Shown: in pieces, positions 25,326 through 37,624 of the stretch
Numbering within the stretch: the stretch's first letter is position 1
Layout: each line of letters begins with the position of its first letter
Assembly: GCA_965644265.1 (NCBI GenBank)
Contig: OZ286469.1
Span: 38,130,001-38,194,000 of the forward strand
Source: Glycera tridactyla
Taxonomy: Eukaryota
Direction of reading: 5' to 3'
DNA length: 64,000 bases
The notes under the pieces: generated by a model
Database searches by the model: none
Told to the model about the DNA's origin: nothing
What the model saw: the letters and a program-made list of their open reading frames with translations, nothing else
Program-made: the position numbers and the translations under genes

Positions 25326-26263
25326 TACTATGACTTGAGTTTGACCATGGAATAAAGAAGGGGATCCAGGGCATCACCAACAAAATCCTTTGATTTGCAT
25401 GCACCCATCAATGACTTTGATCTTGTGATGAGAATTCATGGATTGGACAGATAAGACTGGGTTTCAAAACTCAAGCAGACAATATTTGTATTTCACGGGA
25501 AACATGCGAAATCCACAGTAACATATTCATCAAATAGTTTCTGACACATACCAGAGCTGACATTCTTCATGATGCAAGGAAGATGAAAATAGTGGAGAGG
25601 GAAGTTAAGGTCACTTCTGAGTAGGACAGCAACCCAATTGCTATATTCAATCAATGAAGTATTCAAACTCTGTTATGAAATAAGTGAATCCTGTCTCTCT
25701 ACCAATCACATCCAGTTAGCAAGAAGAAGCATAATCGAGTGAAATTACCTTAATTAAGCAAAACCACTATGAAGCCAGATCAAGGCATAAAATGGAGTTG
25801 ATGGGTATAGGTTCACATCTCTGTATGGTAAATTTCAACGATTGCTGAATTCCCGACTTCGGTGTTTCTCAGAAATTCCTGGTCAATTCTTCTCATTTTG
25901 ACTATCATACCTCCTGTCCACCATGAGAAAACTAATTTATATAAGATCTGCTCTCTATTAGGCATCAAAGAACTTTGGGGTAATTATACCTCAGGTGCAT
26001 ACCCGGATGGGTATACGCTAGCCCATTTGGGAATTCCATCATACAAGGACATGATTTTCTTTTCTTTGTCACATTGTGAAACAATATGATTTTCCAATGG
26101 CTAATATACTGTTATGATTCGATTGCTATATTGGATTACTATCATCATATCTCATTTAGAGTTGTTTTTAAATGTGAGTTATTGCACGACAAACCCAATT
26201 ACAATGGGACCTCTTTTGAGACACCTCTCTTTTAAGAGACTGCTTCTCATTGGTTCATTTCTC

Positions 26264-26520
26264 TTTATGCCCCCCAAACCGAAGTTGGGGGGGGGGGGGG
26301 GGGGGCATACTGGATTCAGTCTGTCCGTCCGCCTGTCCGTCTGTCTGTAAACACTTTTTTGCGGAACGTGCTGTGTCCATTGTGTTGATGCTACACTGCC
26401 CATTTTTGGTATGTCGATCACCGATGAGGGGTAGGTGTGCATAGGTATATTTGTTTGACCCTGTGACTTTTGATTTTCTGTCATTTGATGGTTTTTACAT
26501 GCAGTTTTTGACATATTCTG
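26264..26520 (+). mobile_element. HINE-like 5' fragment (third family)
   Basis: TTTATGCCCCC...GGGGGCATAC inverted repeat followed by a (GTCC/GTCT)n tract; 3' end not identified. Confidence 0.55.
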
Positions 26521-27041
26521 AGACAGCCAAACTCTACCTTGCTAAGTTGCTCTCTCCCACTCTCTATTGTGTTAGACTGGAATGAACACACACTTCTCCC
26601 GGCTTTGACCTCATTCTTATGTGAGACTCTCGGTAACCGACGAGGGGTTCTGTTGTTCTTCCCTGTATTATGTAACACCTGGTTGATTTCATCATGGAGC
26701 AATAGCTCACTTCTTCAATAACCAGCTGTGAAAGGGCTGANNNNNNNNNNNNNNNNNNNNNNNNNNNNNNNNNNNNNNNNNNNNNNNNNNNNNNNNNNNN
26801 NNNNNNNNNNNNNNNNNNNNNNNNNNNNNNNNNNNNNNNNNNNNNNNNNNNNNNNNNNNNNNNNNNNNNNNNNNNNNNNNNNNNNNNNNNNNNNNNNNNN
26901 NNNNNNNNNNCTGTACATTGCTACCTGTTGGTACACTATGGCTACAGTACCCAAACCTAAGGCTGTCATCTTGAGTTTGTGCTCACAAGTTCACATTGGC
27001 TGGAGTGAGGGGGGAGGGGGCATTAGTCATCCTTTGGATTA

Positions 27042-27132
27042 CAGTCAAAGATATCTCCATTGAGAGACCACCTCTCTTGAGAGAACACTTGTGGTTGGCA
27101 TCTGAGCCTGTCTCCCAAGAGAGGTTTTACTG
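27042..27132. mobile_element. Internally deleted CAGT MITE related to 24192-24368
   Basis: tgagagaccacctctcttgagagaacactt...gtctcccaagagaggttttactg matches the 3' half of the 24192 copy. Confidence 0.6.
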
Positions 27133-29466
27133 TGGGATTATACCAATGATCCTCAGAGATACAATGGCTGTGTCCTCTATCCCAAGAGAGAAATAGTGGA
27201 CCATCCGAAGGATACTATTGGTCACCTGAGCTCTGCAAATTTTCACACCTCCGGAGATGTGGCTGCTACCAAAGATTAGAATCTCTTGAACTCAATAGGA
27301 GAACTTCCATCTTTCAAGAAAGGACTTGATGCCTCGTACCACCAAGAACGAGGAGGAGGGCTAGCCTCCTTAGCAATAAATTAGTTACCTAACTGAACCA
27401 CCAAAAGCAATCAATCTGTCACTCGATGTATCACAATAAGCAATCAATCCGTAACTTATTTTATGGGAACAAGGAAGATATGCAGTGTATGAAAGAATAA
27501 GAAAGGGAATATCCCCGTCGATGGAAGTACTTTGTACTCACTGCAAATAATATCTGCATATCCAATCACATTGTAAGCATGCTGTTATACATAAACATCC
27601 ATTAATTTGGTACTTAGGATATATGTTATTACTCATGAATGCCATTTGATAGGGCGAAAATACAGGTCTCATTTATTCATTGGGGAACGCTGATGACAGT
27701 GATGATGACGATGACAACGGCGACAGCGGCAACAACGTTATTGGTGACACCTGTTGTCTGGAATGTGCCTCTAGGCATTTTCTCTTGAGTTTGGAAAGAG
27801 CTGATTCAGTTACCAAGTGTGAACACAATTCTTAACTATTGTGACCTGGATTGAGGCTGCTATATTCTCCCAGTTTCCCTGCTTGGCAAGGTATACTTCC
27901 CCAAATATGGCGCTTCCCACAAAGGGGACACTCTTGTGCAGAGTATACTGAGCTGATTCTATATATATTATGCTTAATCATCCCATGATCACTGTCAAAA
28001 TCGATTGATGATATGCTGGTTGGGAAAGTGCAGTGGGCCCCTTCTTGCGAGAATCTCCGCAGCTTGTTTGGGCATTGAAAAATGATGATATATCATTTGC
28101 TTTCAATATCACTAGTCTGTTGATTATCCTATAATGAACCATTGGTTAAATATTGGTAAAGAATTGCCACGAAATTGATGAATCAGTGGAGCAATAAGCA
28201 TGGGGTCCCTCAGGGGACTTGACCTCTTGTAAGAAGAGGCAGAATAAAAAATAAAGAGAAGAGACCTTCCCATTGAAAATAAGCATGGCAATCCTCTTTG
28301 GATTTCAGCATTTTGAGGAGGGGAATATGAAAAAAAAAGAAGAATATGACAATGAGCGCATATGTGCATTTGCGTATGTGTGTATATATATCCTATATCT
28401 GAACCTGGTAGCTTGGGTTTCTGCAAATTGAATCAAAGGATTTCAGATCTCTGAATCTTATGCCCCATATGTAGATGCATCCCAGGTCTGCTGTGGCGTG
28501 TGTTAATTTCGGGATAGCCACTTGGAGGATAGGGTCTCTGAGTGCAAGGAGGTCCTAATTCAATTTGCACCTCTAATGGGCATTGCACTCAGGTGCATCT
28601 ATTCCATGTATCAAACTAGATTCAGACTGATGAGGGAGTTTGTTGGGAATTTGAATGGCCTGGTGGTAGTTTGGTAGTAGTTCAGCAAAATCATTTTTAC
28701 CTATTCTCCCAATATCTCTTGAGCCCATCTGGATATCTAATCAGGAAAATTCCCAATATAAGTTTGCAACGGATATCGCGATTGGTGACAGAGATGTGCA
28801 TCAGGAAATAACTGCTTCATATTTGTCAAATTATTTCCTTCATGTTATCGCAATTTCTCATACCATGGCGAGTATGACACCAAAAGAAGATTTTCCTCAT
28901 ATTCCATTCATCATATGTTCAGCTATTCCTATTTGTGCATCATGAAGAATAAATGACATTCATATAGAGACAGTATCGCATGATAATATCTCAACATCAA
29001 CAAACAAGTTGGATTTGAGTAGAATGGAGGAACATCAAATGTTGTGCAGTTGGTGCTACTGTCATCCAGCAAGCTTTGGAAAAGGAAGAAGTTGCCAATA
29101 ACGGGGGAAAACCTTGAATCAACTATTGCTAAAATTTATCTGAGATACTGTAGCAATGCATCTCCCATGGCAATCAGCGGCAGATGCTGGGTGTCAAACA
29201 CTAACTCGATTATTAGCTGATCGGTATTCACCAACATTCACCAATTTATCTTCGACATTCGCCGATTTATCTTCATGATGATGCAATGATTGGATACTAT
29301 AGCTTTTACTGCCTTGTTCATTTTTTAACCATTTCAATCATAGCATGGTCACTCTGACTGAATTCAGTTCATGAAATTGTAAGATTAGAAAGGTGATAGC
29401 TGAATATCTATCAATCCATCCATCAGTCTGTCTATCCATCTGTTTTTTTATCTATGTACATATTCT

Positions 29467-29470
29467 GTCC

Positions 29471-29518
<48 letters not shown>

Positions 29519-29570
29519 GCCTGTCTGTCTGTCTGTCTGTCTGCCTGCCTGCCTACCTGCCTGTCTGTCT
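29467..29570. repeat. (GTCT)n/(GCCT)n microsatellite
   Basis: Direct reading. Confidence 0.95.
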
Positions 29571-30230
29571 GTTTAGTGCCACGAGACATCCTGTAACATG
29601 AGACCAACTGTTCTGTGAGCCCACTTTTCTTTTTGTCTGGTCAAATATATTCCTGATAAGGGGCAACCTATTTTCATTTGACATTTATGTACATCGCTGT
29701 GATAGATTCACCATTTCCTGATATTGCAGGTGCCTAAGGCTGAAATAAACACATCGTTCTTGTTAGTCAAGAGGCCAGAATTTGCATAATCTCAACTTAA
29801 AATATGATGATAAGAAATGTTGTTCCTCGATCAAACCTGCCAATCAAGGGAGCCATGGTATGTCAAGGAAAATGTTTTTTTGTGCAGGATGTCTAGGTGA
29901 CCAGAGACCAGCCTGAATGTCACCAAAAATTGGTCCCTCAAACAGGTGGTCTATAACTGGAGGTATAAATGAACACTAGGATAGAAAAGCTGTTCTCAAA
30001 GGCAGTCTCGAATAGGTGAATCCAGTGATGCAAACTGGGTCATCGAAGGCTGGCTGTAAAAAACTGAAAAAAATACAAATATTAGAATAGAATAAAACAC
30101 TTTGAAAAAAAATTCAATCCATTATCTTCAGACTAAATGTTTTAGAAATTCCACGAATCGAGTCTTGAATGATCCTACCCAGATTGGAGAGATGTTGACC
30201 CGTTTAGTGGTGTTTTGTGAGTGTTGGAGG

Positions 30231-30535
30231 TTTTTGTCCCACCTGCTTCAGCAGAGGCAGGACATAGGTAACACCTTCCAACTTGTGGTGTCATCGACCT
30301 CATCGGCGTTAACATTGGTTAAGTTTAGGTTGAAGTCTCGGTTAAGATTTTGGTTAGTTTTTTTTTCATTTGAATGAGATTGCACCTACATTCTTGAAAT
30401 TTGGTATACATATGCATGAGTATTTGGACAATGACATGGGCATATTATTTTTCATATTCCTACATGCCATCACATCCCGCCTGCTTTAGATCTCGCAGGC
30501 GGGACATATCACTCCATGGAGCAGCTTGTATTCTT
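30231..30535 (+). mobile_element. Second HINE-like family, short apparently complete copy just upstream of the KChIP exon
   Basis: 5' TTTTTGTCCCACCTGC...GCAGGACA; 3' GCAGGCGGGACA followed by palindrome CTCCATGGAG and a T-rich end. The internal segment ttgcacctacattcttgaaatttggtatacatatgcat is shared with 2216-2253. Confidence 0.62.
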
Positions 30536-30688
30536 GTGGTTTCTATCCCATCTTGTTTACAGGACACATGGAATCTGAATCTAGTCACTGTTATTCATGC
30601 AGATGGCAAAGTGGTTGATACCCCTTGCCTGCCCCATTATGACATCATCACTGTATTTTGATCGTCATCCTTATTGGACGTGTTTCAG

Positions 30689-30813
30689 ACCATGACCTTG
30701 ATGATCTGGAGATGCAAGTGGTGCGATATAAGCCCGAGGGGCTCGATGCACTCTGCCGCAATACCAAGTTCTCACGCAAAGAAATACAGATTATGTATCG
30801 AGGCTTCAAACAG
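30689..30813 (+). CDS. KCNIP: Internal coding exon of a KChIP/KCNIP-family neuronal calcium sensor (N-terminal core helices before EF-hand 1)
   Basis: Acceptor tgtttcAG (30687-88) and donor GTatgt (30814). The 125-bp exon is entered in phase 1 and reads (D)HDLDDLEMQVVRYKPEGLDALCRNTKFSRKEIQIMYRGFKQ, matching the KChIP pattern ELEM..VR..PE.L..L...KF..KE.Q..YRGFK as I recall it. Confidence 0.93.
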
Positions 30814-33147
30814 GTATGTCTTGAATTTCATTCTTCTAGGAAAATCTCCATGTCAAGATTAGGGGGCCTGATTTACGCACAACAATGAGGGAATCGTGTC
30901 TGCATCACAGCCGAGCTTTTTCCAGGTATGATTGAGGGTGTTTTTAGCAGCATCTGCACTATCAAGCCATTTGGAATTCACCAATAGAGTTTGGTTATTA
31001 TATTTTCCCTGATTGAAATGTAGTGAAATGAATATATGCCAACTTACACTGCTCATCAAATAGGTTGAAGTAGTTAGATCCTCTTATGGCTATTCATGAA
31101 ATAGACTCAGTTCTTGACATATTAGCACATGAGCACATAATAGCAGCAAAATGAACAGACTGCGGTCTGAGTTTTGTTACACTCATCTCTTATCATTCTC
31201 TCATATATTCTGTCTGGTAAAATAAATGATATGTCTATTGTCAATCTGTCCTAGCAGCCACTTTACTCCTTTCCTGAACATGACTGTTCATGACAGGTTC
31301 AAATGCAGTTGCTCCGTGAGTTCCACTGGATCCATTTCACGGAGAAAATATCTTGGTTACACCAAAGGGAAAACTTATGCTCGTCTGTAGTGGTGTAACT
31401 ACAAATGCACTTCCTTTTGTTTGGCTTGAAAATCTGCAAATTTGGAGACTAACACTTTCGAAAACTGGATGGTTCACTTGAGAAGATGGGGTTCTTATAA
31501 ATGTCAAAAAGAAATTTCAATTCAGGTTCAAGGGTTGTATATCAGATGGCTGCTGAAAATAAATGATTAACAAGCAACAAGGTATGGTCTGAGTGGATAG
31601 ATGGGATGGTATACAGCTTCTTGTAATTTGGTCTTTACTTGGAAGATCCTAGTATTCTAATTGCTTTCAACACAACCAGCAAGACTCTAGAGCCACATGC
31701 CGAGTAGGAATGCAGTCAGCAAAACTCAAATCTGATTTTTCTGCCTCGGGCAGCGATGTTTGTTTTTCGAGTCTAATTGAAATAGATGATAACGTTGTTG
31801 GTGGTAATGATGTTTGGGCTGGAAGGCAAGCCTGCCGTTATTTTATTGAAATGAAGCCAGCGTGTAATATGCCATAAAACTATAAATTTCCATCTGCATT
31901 GTTCTAGCTGCGGCAGAAAAACCTGTCTTATCGCTCATTGGTGGAATGTTTGTTTAGTCGTTCAGTCAGGGCATTGAGGCTCCAGTGGGGATATCTCCAT
32001 GTTTTGCCCATAAATTCATCCTTTTGCATGACTACTAAAGCTATGTCATTGGCAACCCTTGCTTCATGCTCGATATAGAAAATAACTTGTTATGTGAATC
32101 AAGAAAAGATTCATTTTGGCTGAAGAATTAATTGCTCTCAAAATCTGATATGCCAGATCATATATAATTCTTGGAATACCTTAGAATGTAGTTGTTCCTT
32201 TTTTGCAGGTGGGCGGGTGGGGGGGGGGGATATCATATTTCATAATAAACCATTTGAAAGTCAAAAATACAATCTCAGAAATTATTTAAACCCTGCTGGA
32301 GGTTTGCAGTTGGATTGATAGCATTACATTGTATTGGCGCAATCCCTTGAAATGACTTCTGTATATCGAGGAATTTTTGTGGTGATTGTAGTTAAGGACA
32401 TGAAGTGCACCTCAGAAAAGAATGTTGAGCTGAAGTTTTCCTTTCAAGTGAATAACAAATCGAATCGCTTCAAATTTCATGGAGTATAGAAAGGAAGTGT
32501 TGAAGTCCATAGTCTTGATCAAACGAACTAGTGTAGTTTTGATGCACAGATCGTGCCTTGGTGTGATAAAACTGTGTCAACTCTAATTATTCCGCTGTGT
32601 CTAGTTGCCATCTTGCCTTGTTTGCCCTGTACAGTGAATGGAATACATCCAATATGACCCACTTTGTATGCACAAGATACAGAAGTTTGCATTCAAGTGG
32701 CATATTGAAGAAAATAGAAACCCAATTTGTGGCATGAGAACCTAAGACATGCCTTCCATTTTGAATCGACTCCTGGGATTGATTAGGCAAACAAGACTCT
32801 TCTACAATCAATGAGTCTTTTCTACATGTATTGCTTGCTAACTAATTTCCAACAACGGTCATTTGAAATATGATGGAGGTGGGCATAGGCCATCCCACAA
32901 ACCGGTGCCCAACAATTTGTAATAGCTGATTCAGAAAATTTAGTGTGAAAGAAGTGAGCGTGCAATCATTTTCTCCAGTTACGTTCCGTACTTTACTGTG
33001 CCCAGTTTCATCCACATGGGAGAGAACAAGCGGCCATAGATGGACACAGTACTTTGTTGACATCTCCTATGTCAAGAAATATGGTGGCAATGATGTTTAC
33101 TTGGGTAACTGAGCTGTACTGTGAGACCCCAATGGATATTGGGTGGG

Positions 33148-33480
33148 AGATGGCATAAGAATGCGCCAATCACAGGGTGAGAGATGGCATGAGAATGTGC
33201 CAATCACAGGGTGAGAGATGGCATAAGAATGTGCCAATCACAGGGTGAGAGATGGCATAAGAATGTGACAATCACAGGGTGAGAGGTGGCATAAGAATGT
33301 GCCAACCACAGGGTGAGAGATGGCATAAGAATGCGCCAATCACAGGGTGAGAGATGGCATGAGAATGTGCCAATCACAGGGTGAGAGATGGCATGAGAAT
33401 GTGCCAATTACAGGGTGAGAGATGGCATAAGAATGCGCCAATCACAGGGTGAGAGATGGCATAAGAATGTGCTGATCACA
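33148..33480. repeat. 34-bp minisatellite, about 10 copies, most units containing CCAAT
   Basis: Unit GAGATGGCATAAGAATGTGCCAATCACAGGGTGA. Confidence 0.92.
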
Positions 33481-36400
33481 CACATATGGATGTGATTTAC
33501 TCCATCCGGGCTAATAATATAGGAAGTAGCAGTAATGGCAGACTTATCAACAGAGTTCACAAAATGTTGAAGTGTTTCAGCTAAATATAGGAGGATCACA
33601 CTATTTGCAGTTTGCTTCGGAGCAAGAAACTATCAGATTTCCATCTGTAATCTTTCATCAGCTATGGCTCGATGTGTCGTTCATGACATTGGTGAAGAGA
33701 AGTCAAGGTGTATCATTGGATGCTCTATTGAAATTGATATATCACAGAATAGATGGAAACCTTCATGTGAAGTGGCAATGTCTGTCTCGGGGACATTTAT
33801 CAGATATTAATATTGTGATGAAGATATAAAGTAACAGAGGTGACGCCACTCGTAATGGAGTTTGACTCTTGATAAATTGTTCCTGTTGCTTTAGATGGAT
33901 CTTTCTGCTGGCATCATTGGTTTCATTTCTCATGCTTAATTCATCAATTTGTTTGGTTCGATGACTTTTTTTTCTGATAGATTATATCTCGATGCTATAG
34001 CACTGTCATTCTGATGCTGCCATTGGCTAGTTTTTTAGTGTGAGTGGTCNNNNNNNNNNNNNNNNNNNNNNNNNNNNNNNNNNNNNNNNNNNNNNNNNNN
34101 NNNNNNNNNNNNNNNNNNNNNNNNNNNNNNNNNNNNNNNNNNNNNNNNNNNNNNNNNNNNNNNNNNNNNNNNNNNNNNNNNNNNNNNNNNNNNNNNNNNN
34201 NNNNNNNNNNNNNNNNNNNNNNNNNNNNNNNNNNNNNNNNNNNNNNNNNNNNNNNNNNNNNNNNNNNNNNNNNNNNNNNNNNNNNNNNNNNNTGAAACAG
34301 GAAGTGAAAGCCACCTAGTGTTAACAATGTGGCTTGGTGGACTTTTCTGGAACTGAATGCTGTGATCTTCTATAGCACCACTGCTGATGTATAGGACCAT
34401 CATTCAACCCTGGTGGTGTTTAGCTCATGGCATTTTTCCCGCAATTGAAGGATTGGACTTTGATACAATGTCCACATGGCCGAATCTTATTCTCTGCTAC
34501 TGTTGAGCAATGTACTGAAAAAAGTTAGCACAAATACTCTTATAAACACCAGGAACTATCTAGGTCATTCCCTGCAATCTGAGCACATGACTTGCACAAT
34601 TGCAGCCTAGATGGTCGACATTACCAGCCACAGCTTCACGGAAATTACTATAGGGGGGGGGGGGGGGGGGGTTGGAGTCCGGTTGTGTGAGCCATTTATT
34701 TTCAGCTGTTGTTGTGTAGACTACCCTCAGGGCAAAGGTGCCATCTATGAATTAGCTAACCAAACAGTACGATTCTTGTCAGAATGAAATAGTGGCACCC
34801 TTTCTTGGCAGTTTCCAATAGGTGTCACTTTCCGAGTGGCAAAATGAATGGCGATCCATCTTTCAGTGTCAACTTCACTTCTAGGAATGGATGGATTATG
34901 ATAAAATTCCCCGCCATATATCATTCTCCATGAGGTGTCTCTGGGCAACAGAGAGATTTTTGTTGTCCATTTCTATGTGGGTGACCTTTGTTGCTGAGAG
35001 TACTGTAACCACATTCTAGCAAAAATGTCATCAATAGTTTGTAATACATAGGCTATAGTCTGTTTTGTTTATGCTGTCCCCAGCGATTTCCTTCGCTTGT
35101 TCCCTGATGAAGCCCATAATGTACATATATATATATGTACATGTTATATATAAACATCGCTCAGTCTTTAGGAGCTCTTGAAAATTGTTGTGAGTCCTTA
35201 AAAATTTTCAAATTTGATCACAGTCTAGGGAAAGACAAGAAATAATGGAATAGTGTCCGATATTTGTGCAGTGTCAAAGGGTCTCTGAGTAATTCAGTAG
35301 ATGCTAGAGTGAGCTGTTGGTGTGCTCATTTTTACCATTTTCACAGTGGTCTGATCAGCTTTGCAGATATCCACTAGAACCTGCCAATCAAAAACAGTAG
35401 ACATTTAGTCACTCTATAGAGGTAAATCCTAGTTTAAAATACTTTTGCCATCATCTTTGAGGAAGGTTTATGTAGACAGGCAGACTTTGTGAAAAAGTGG
35501 GATTTCATACATAGGTTGAGCTGCATTATTCCTGAAACTGTTTGAGTTATTTGTGCTAAGGTGGAGATCTTGGTTTGATCTGAAACAAAACCCAGATGGA
35601 TTTGTGACATGTGACTTGTCAATGCAGTAATGTATCCGTGGAGTATACATCAATTATATGGCCAGAAAATTGTTTTGCTTTTTCTCTGTTTTGATTCATC
35701 ATAATTCAGACGGATGATGTCATAATCAAATCTGTGCATAGCATAAAAATATAATCATAAAGTTTCTTGTCTATTAGATAGGATGAGTGATCAGTGACAA
35801 GTTGAATTCTGACATGCGATAATCAAGCTCATGTCGGCTCTCTTGCCAGCATGCATGCCTATAATCAGAATTGTTATCTTCTCTTTGATTTCTCACGGCA
35901 ACATGCATGCTCGTAAATTGATATGTGTCCTCAAAAACTCTAATTATCGATAATAATTTGATGATAATGCCTAAATTTGCATTCCTGTATCTCTCGTCTC
36001 TTTATTGTTTTCCTACAGTGAATTATGCCAAAGTTGTTTGCCGATAGTAGCAGTTCACTGCAAGCTTGATGTCTTTCATTTGAAGATCACTCATGAATAA
36101 TGACAAGATATCAGGTTGGAAAAAAATATCGAAGAGAATTGCGTCATTCTTCTCAAATAGAGATATTTATCAATGTGGTATGAGAAAATACAGCCAGGCC
36201 ACTGATGATTCTCTGGAGACCTTCACGATCTCATGCTGTAAATATTCAAGAATATTTCCATCTCGAGTAATTGACACTGACATGATATGAATTTTACAAT
36301 ATTTGTGTATTTTTATTTGATATCAGCGCCAGGATATTGACACTTGTGGAATCTCTCCTATTCGGTTTTCCATCATTCCTCAACTAGTTCTAGCCTTCTG

Positions 36401-36666
36401 ATTCAGAGATGTTCACCAATATGATGAAGATGATTTCCTTGTTTATGGTTACCAATATTCACAGCACAATTGAATGACTGGCCATTCAATTTGGCAGTCC
36501 TGATGAAAAACCTTTTCAGCTAGTAGTCTCCCACTGGGAGAGCAGATTGGAGCAATCACTCTTCGAAAATAGATTCACTCTCCCGAAATTGTGAGAGTTC
36601 CAAAAGGAAAGCAGTCTGTCACTAGAGGGAGAGATAGTCTTGTGAATAAACACCTTATCTGTCATA

Positions 36667-37624
36667 TAGCAAGACGTAATGGCCGTGAAGTAATAACGCA
36701 TTACAAAACGAGGTCTGTTTCTAGACCGTTTGTGTTCATTCGACAGCGACTGCTTACCTGCCCCGCCCCAACCCACTTTGATGAGAAACACGGGGAAAAA
36801 GTTCTTTTCTCGTTGTCATTGTGAGAGATCACATTTACTGGTGCATTTATTGAGAAATAAAATGCCTATCACAGGAGCAGGAAAGAAGGGCCCAAAAAGT
36901 AGTGCCCCACTCAGCTCTTAAGTGATACACGCATTACTCAACACCTGTTACTTCACTGAAAATAGACAATAGACAATAGACAATAGACAAACTTTTATTT
37001 AAGTTCAGGCAGACATAGGGTCATTATAACAATGATGCTTCCCCCCGTCCCTGAAAAAATAGAATAGAGCAACTGTAATTACCACATGGTACATGAATAG
37101 AAAAAGTTGCGGTTTGTCGGCTCGTCGAGAACTTAGTATGATGAATACTTACTATGAAATAACAAACTACTAGTTCATATCAACAGCTGGTATACATTTC
37201 ATGGACACAGTCACTATCTTCTTGGAGAAATCATAGACCAGACCCATCCAAAAAGCGCCCGGTCCTGCTCAAGACTAAAACATGGCAGAATTACGAGTTT
37301 TGATTTTTGCTTTCATTTTGCCATTTTATGAAAGCGGTCTTGAAAGCTCCTTTTTTATTTGCTGGTATTTGTCTTATTTCAGAAGGCAGTCTATTCCATA
37401 AATGAGGGCCAGCGAAGGAGAAGGCTTTTTGGCCTTTTTGAGTGCGGGAATTTGGAAGTTCAAGGTATAATTGGGTAGAGCCTCTGGTGCCCATGCCATG
37501 TTCGCTTGAGAAAGATAACAGGTCATAGAGATACTGTGGAGATATATTGTGCACATTTTTATACACTGCAACGCCAAGATGAAGTTCTCTTCTGTCTCTT
37601 AATAAAGGCCTATCCATGTGATAA
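36667..37624. mobile_element. Third fold-back family copy, split by a LINE insertion
   Basis: Left arm tagcaagac..atggccgtgaagtaa; ctcaacacctgttacttcactgaaaatag up to ~36965; terminal atccatgtgataa resumes at 37612-37624. Confidence 0.62.
36961..37611 (-). mobile_element. 5'-truncated LINE (CR1/L2-like) 3' end: ORF2 C-terminus, 3' UTR and tandem-repeat tail
   Basis: Minus-strand peptide RRELHLGVAVYK...TRGSTQLYLELPNSRTQKGQKAFSFAGPHLWNRLPSEIR...AFK resembles the post-RT C-terminus of CR1/L2-clade ORF2. AATAAA is followed by a (GTCTATT)x4 tail. Confidence 0.78.

Noticed and set aside
27690-27740. Asp-rich stretch (GAT/GAC)n, considered as an exon
   Set aside because: Degenerate trinucleotide repeat with no convincing splice sites.
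30658-30888. 76-aa ORF-track call treated as a complete gene
   Set aside because: Only 30689-30813 is exonic; the rest is intron read-through.
35119-35142. 24-bp perfect palindrome ATGTACATATATATATATGTACAT
   Set aside because: Mostly an (AT)n core; expected by chance in AT-rich DNA.
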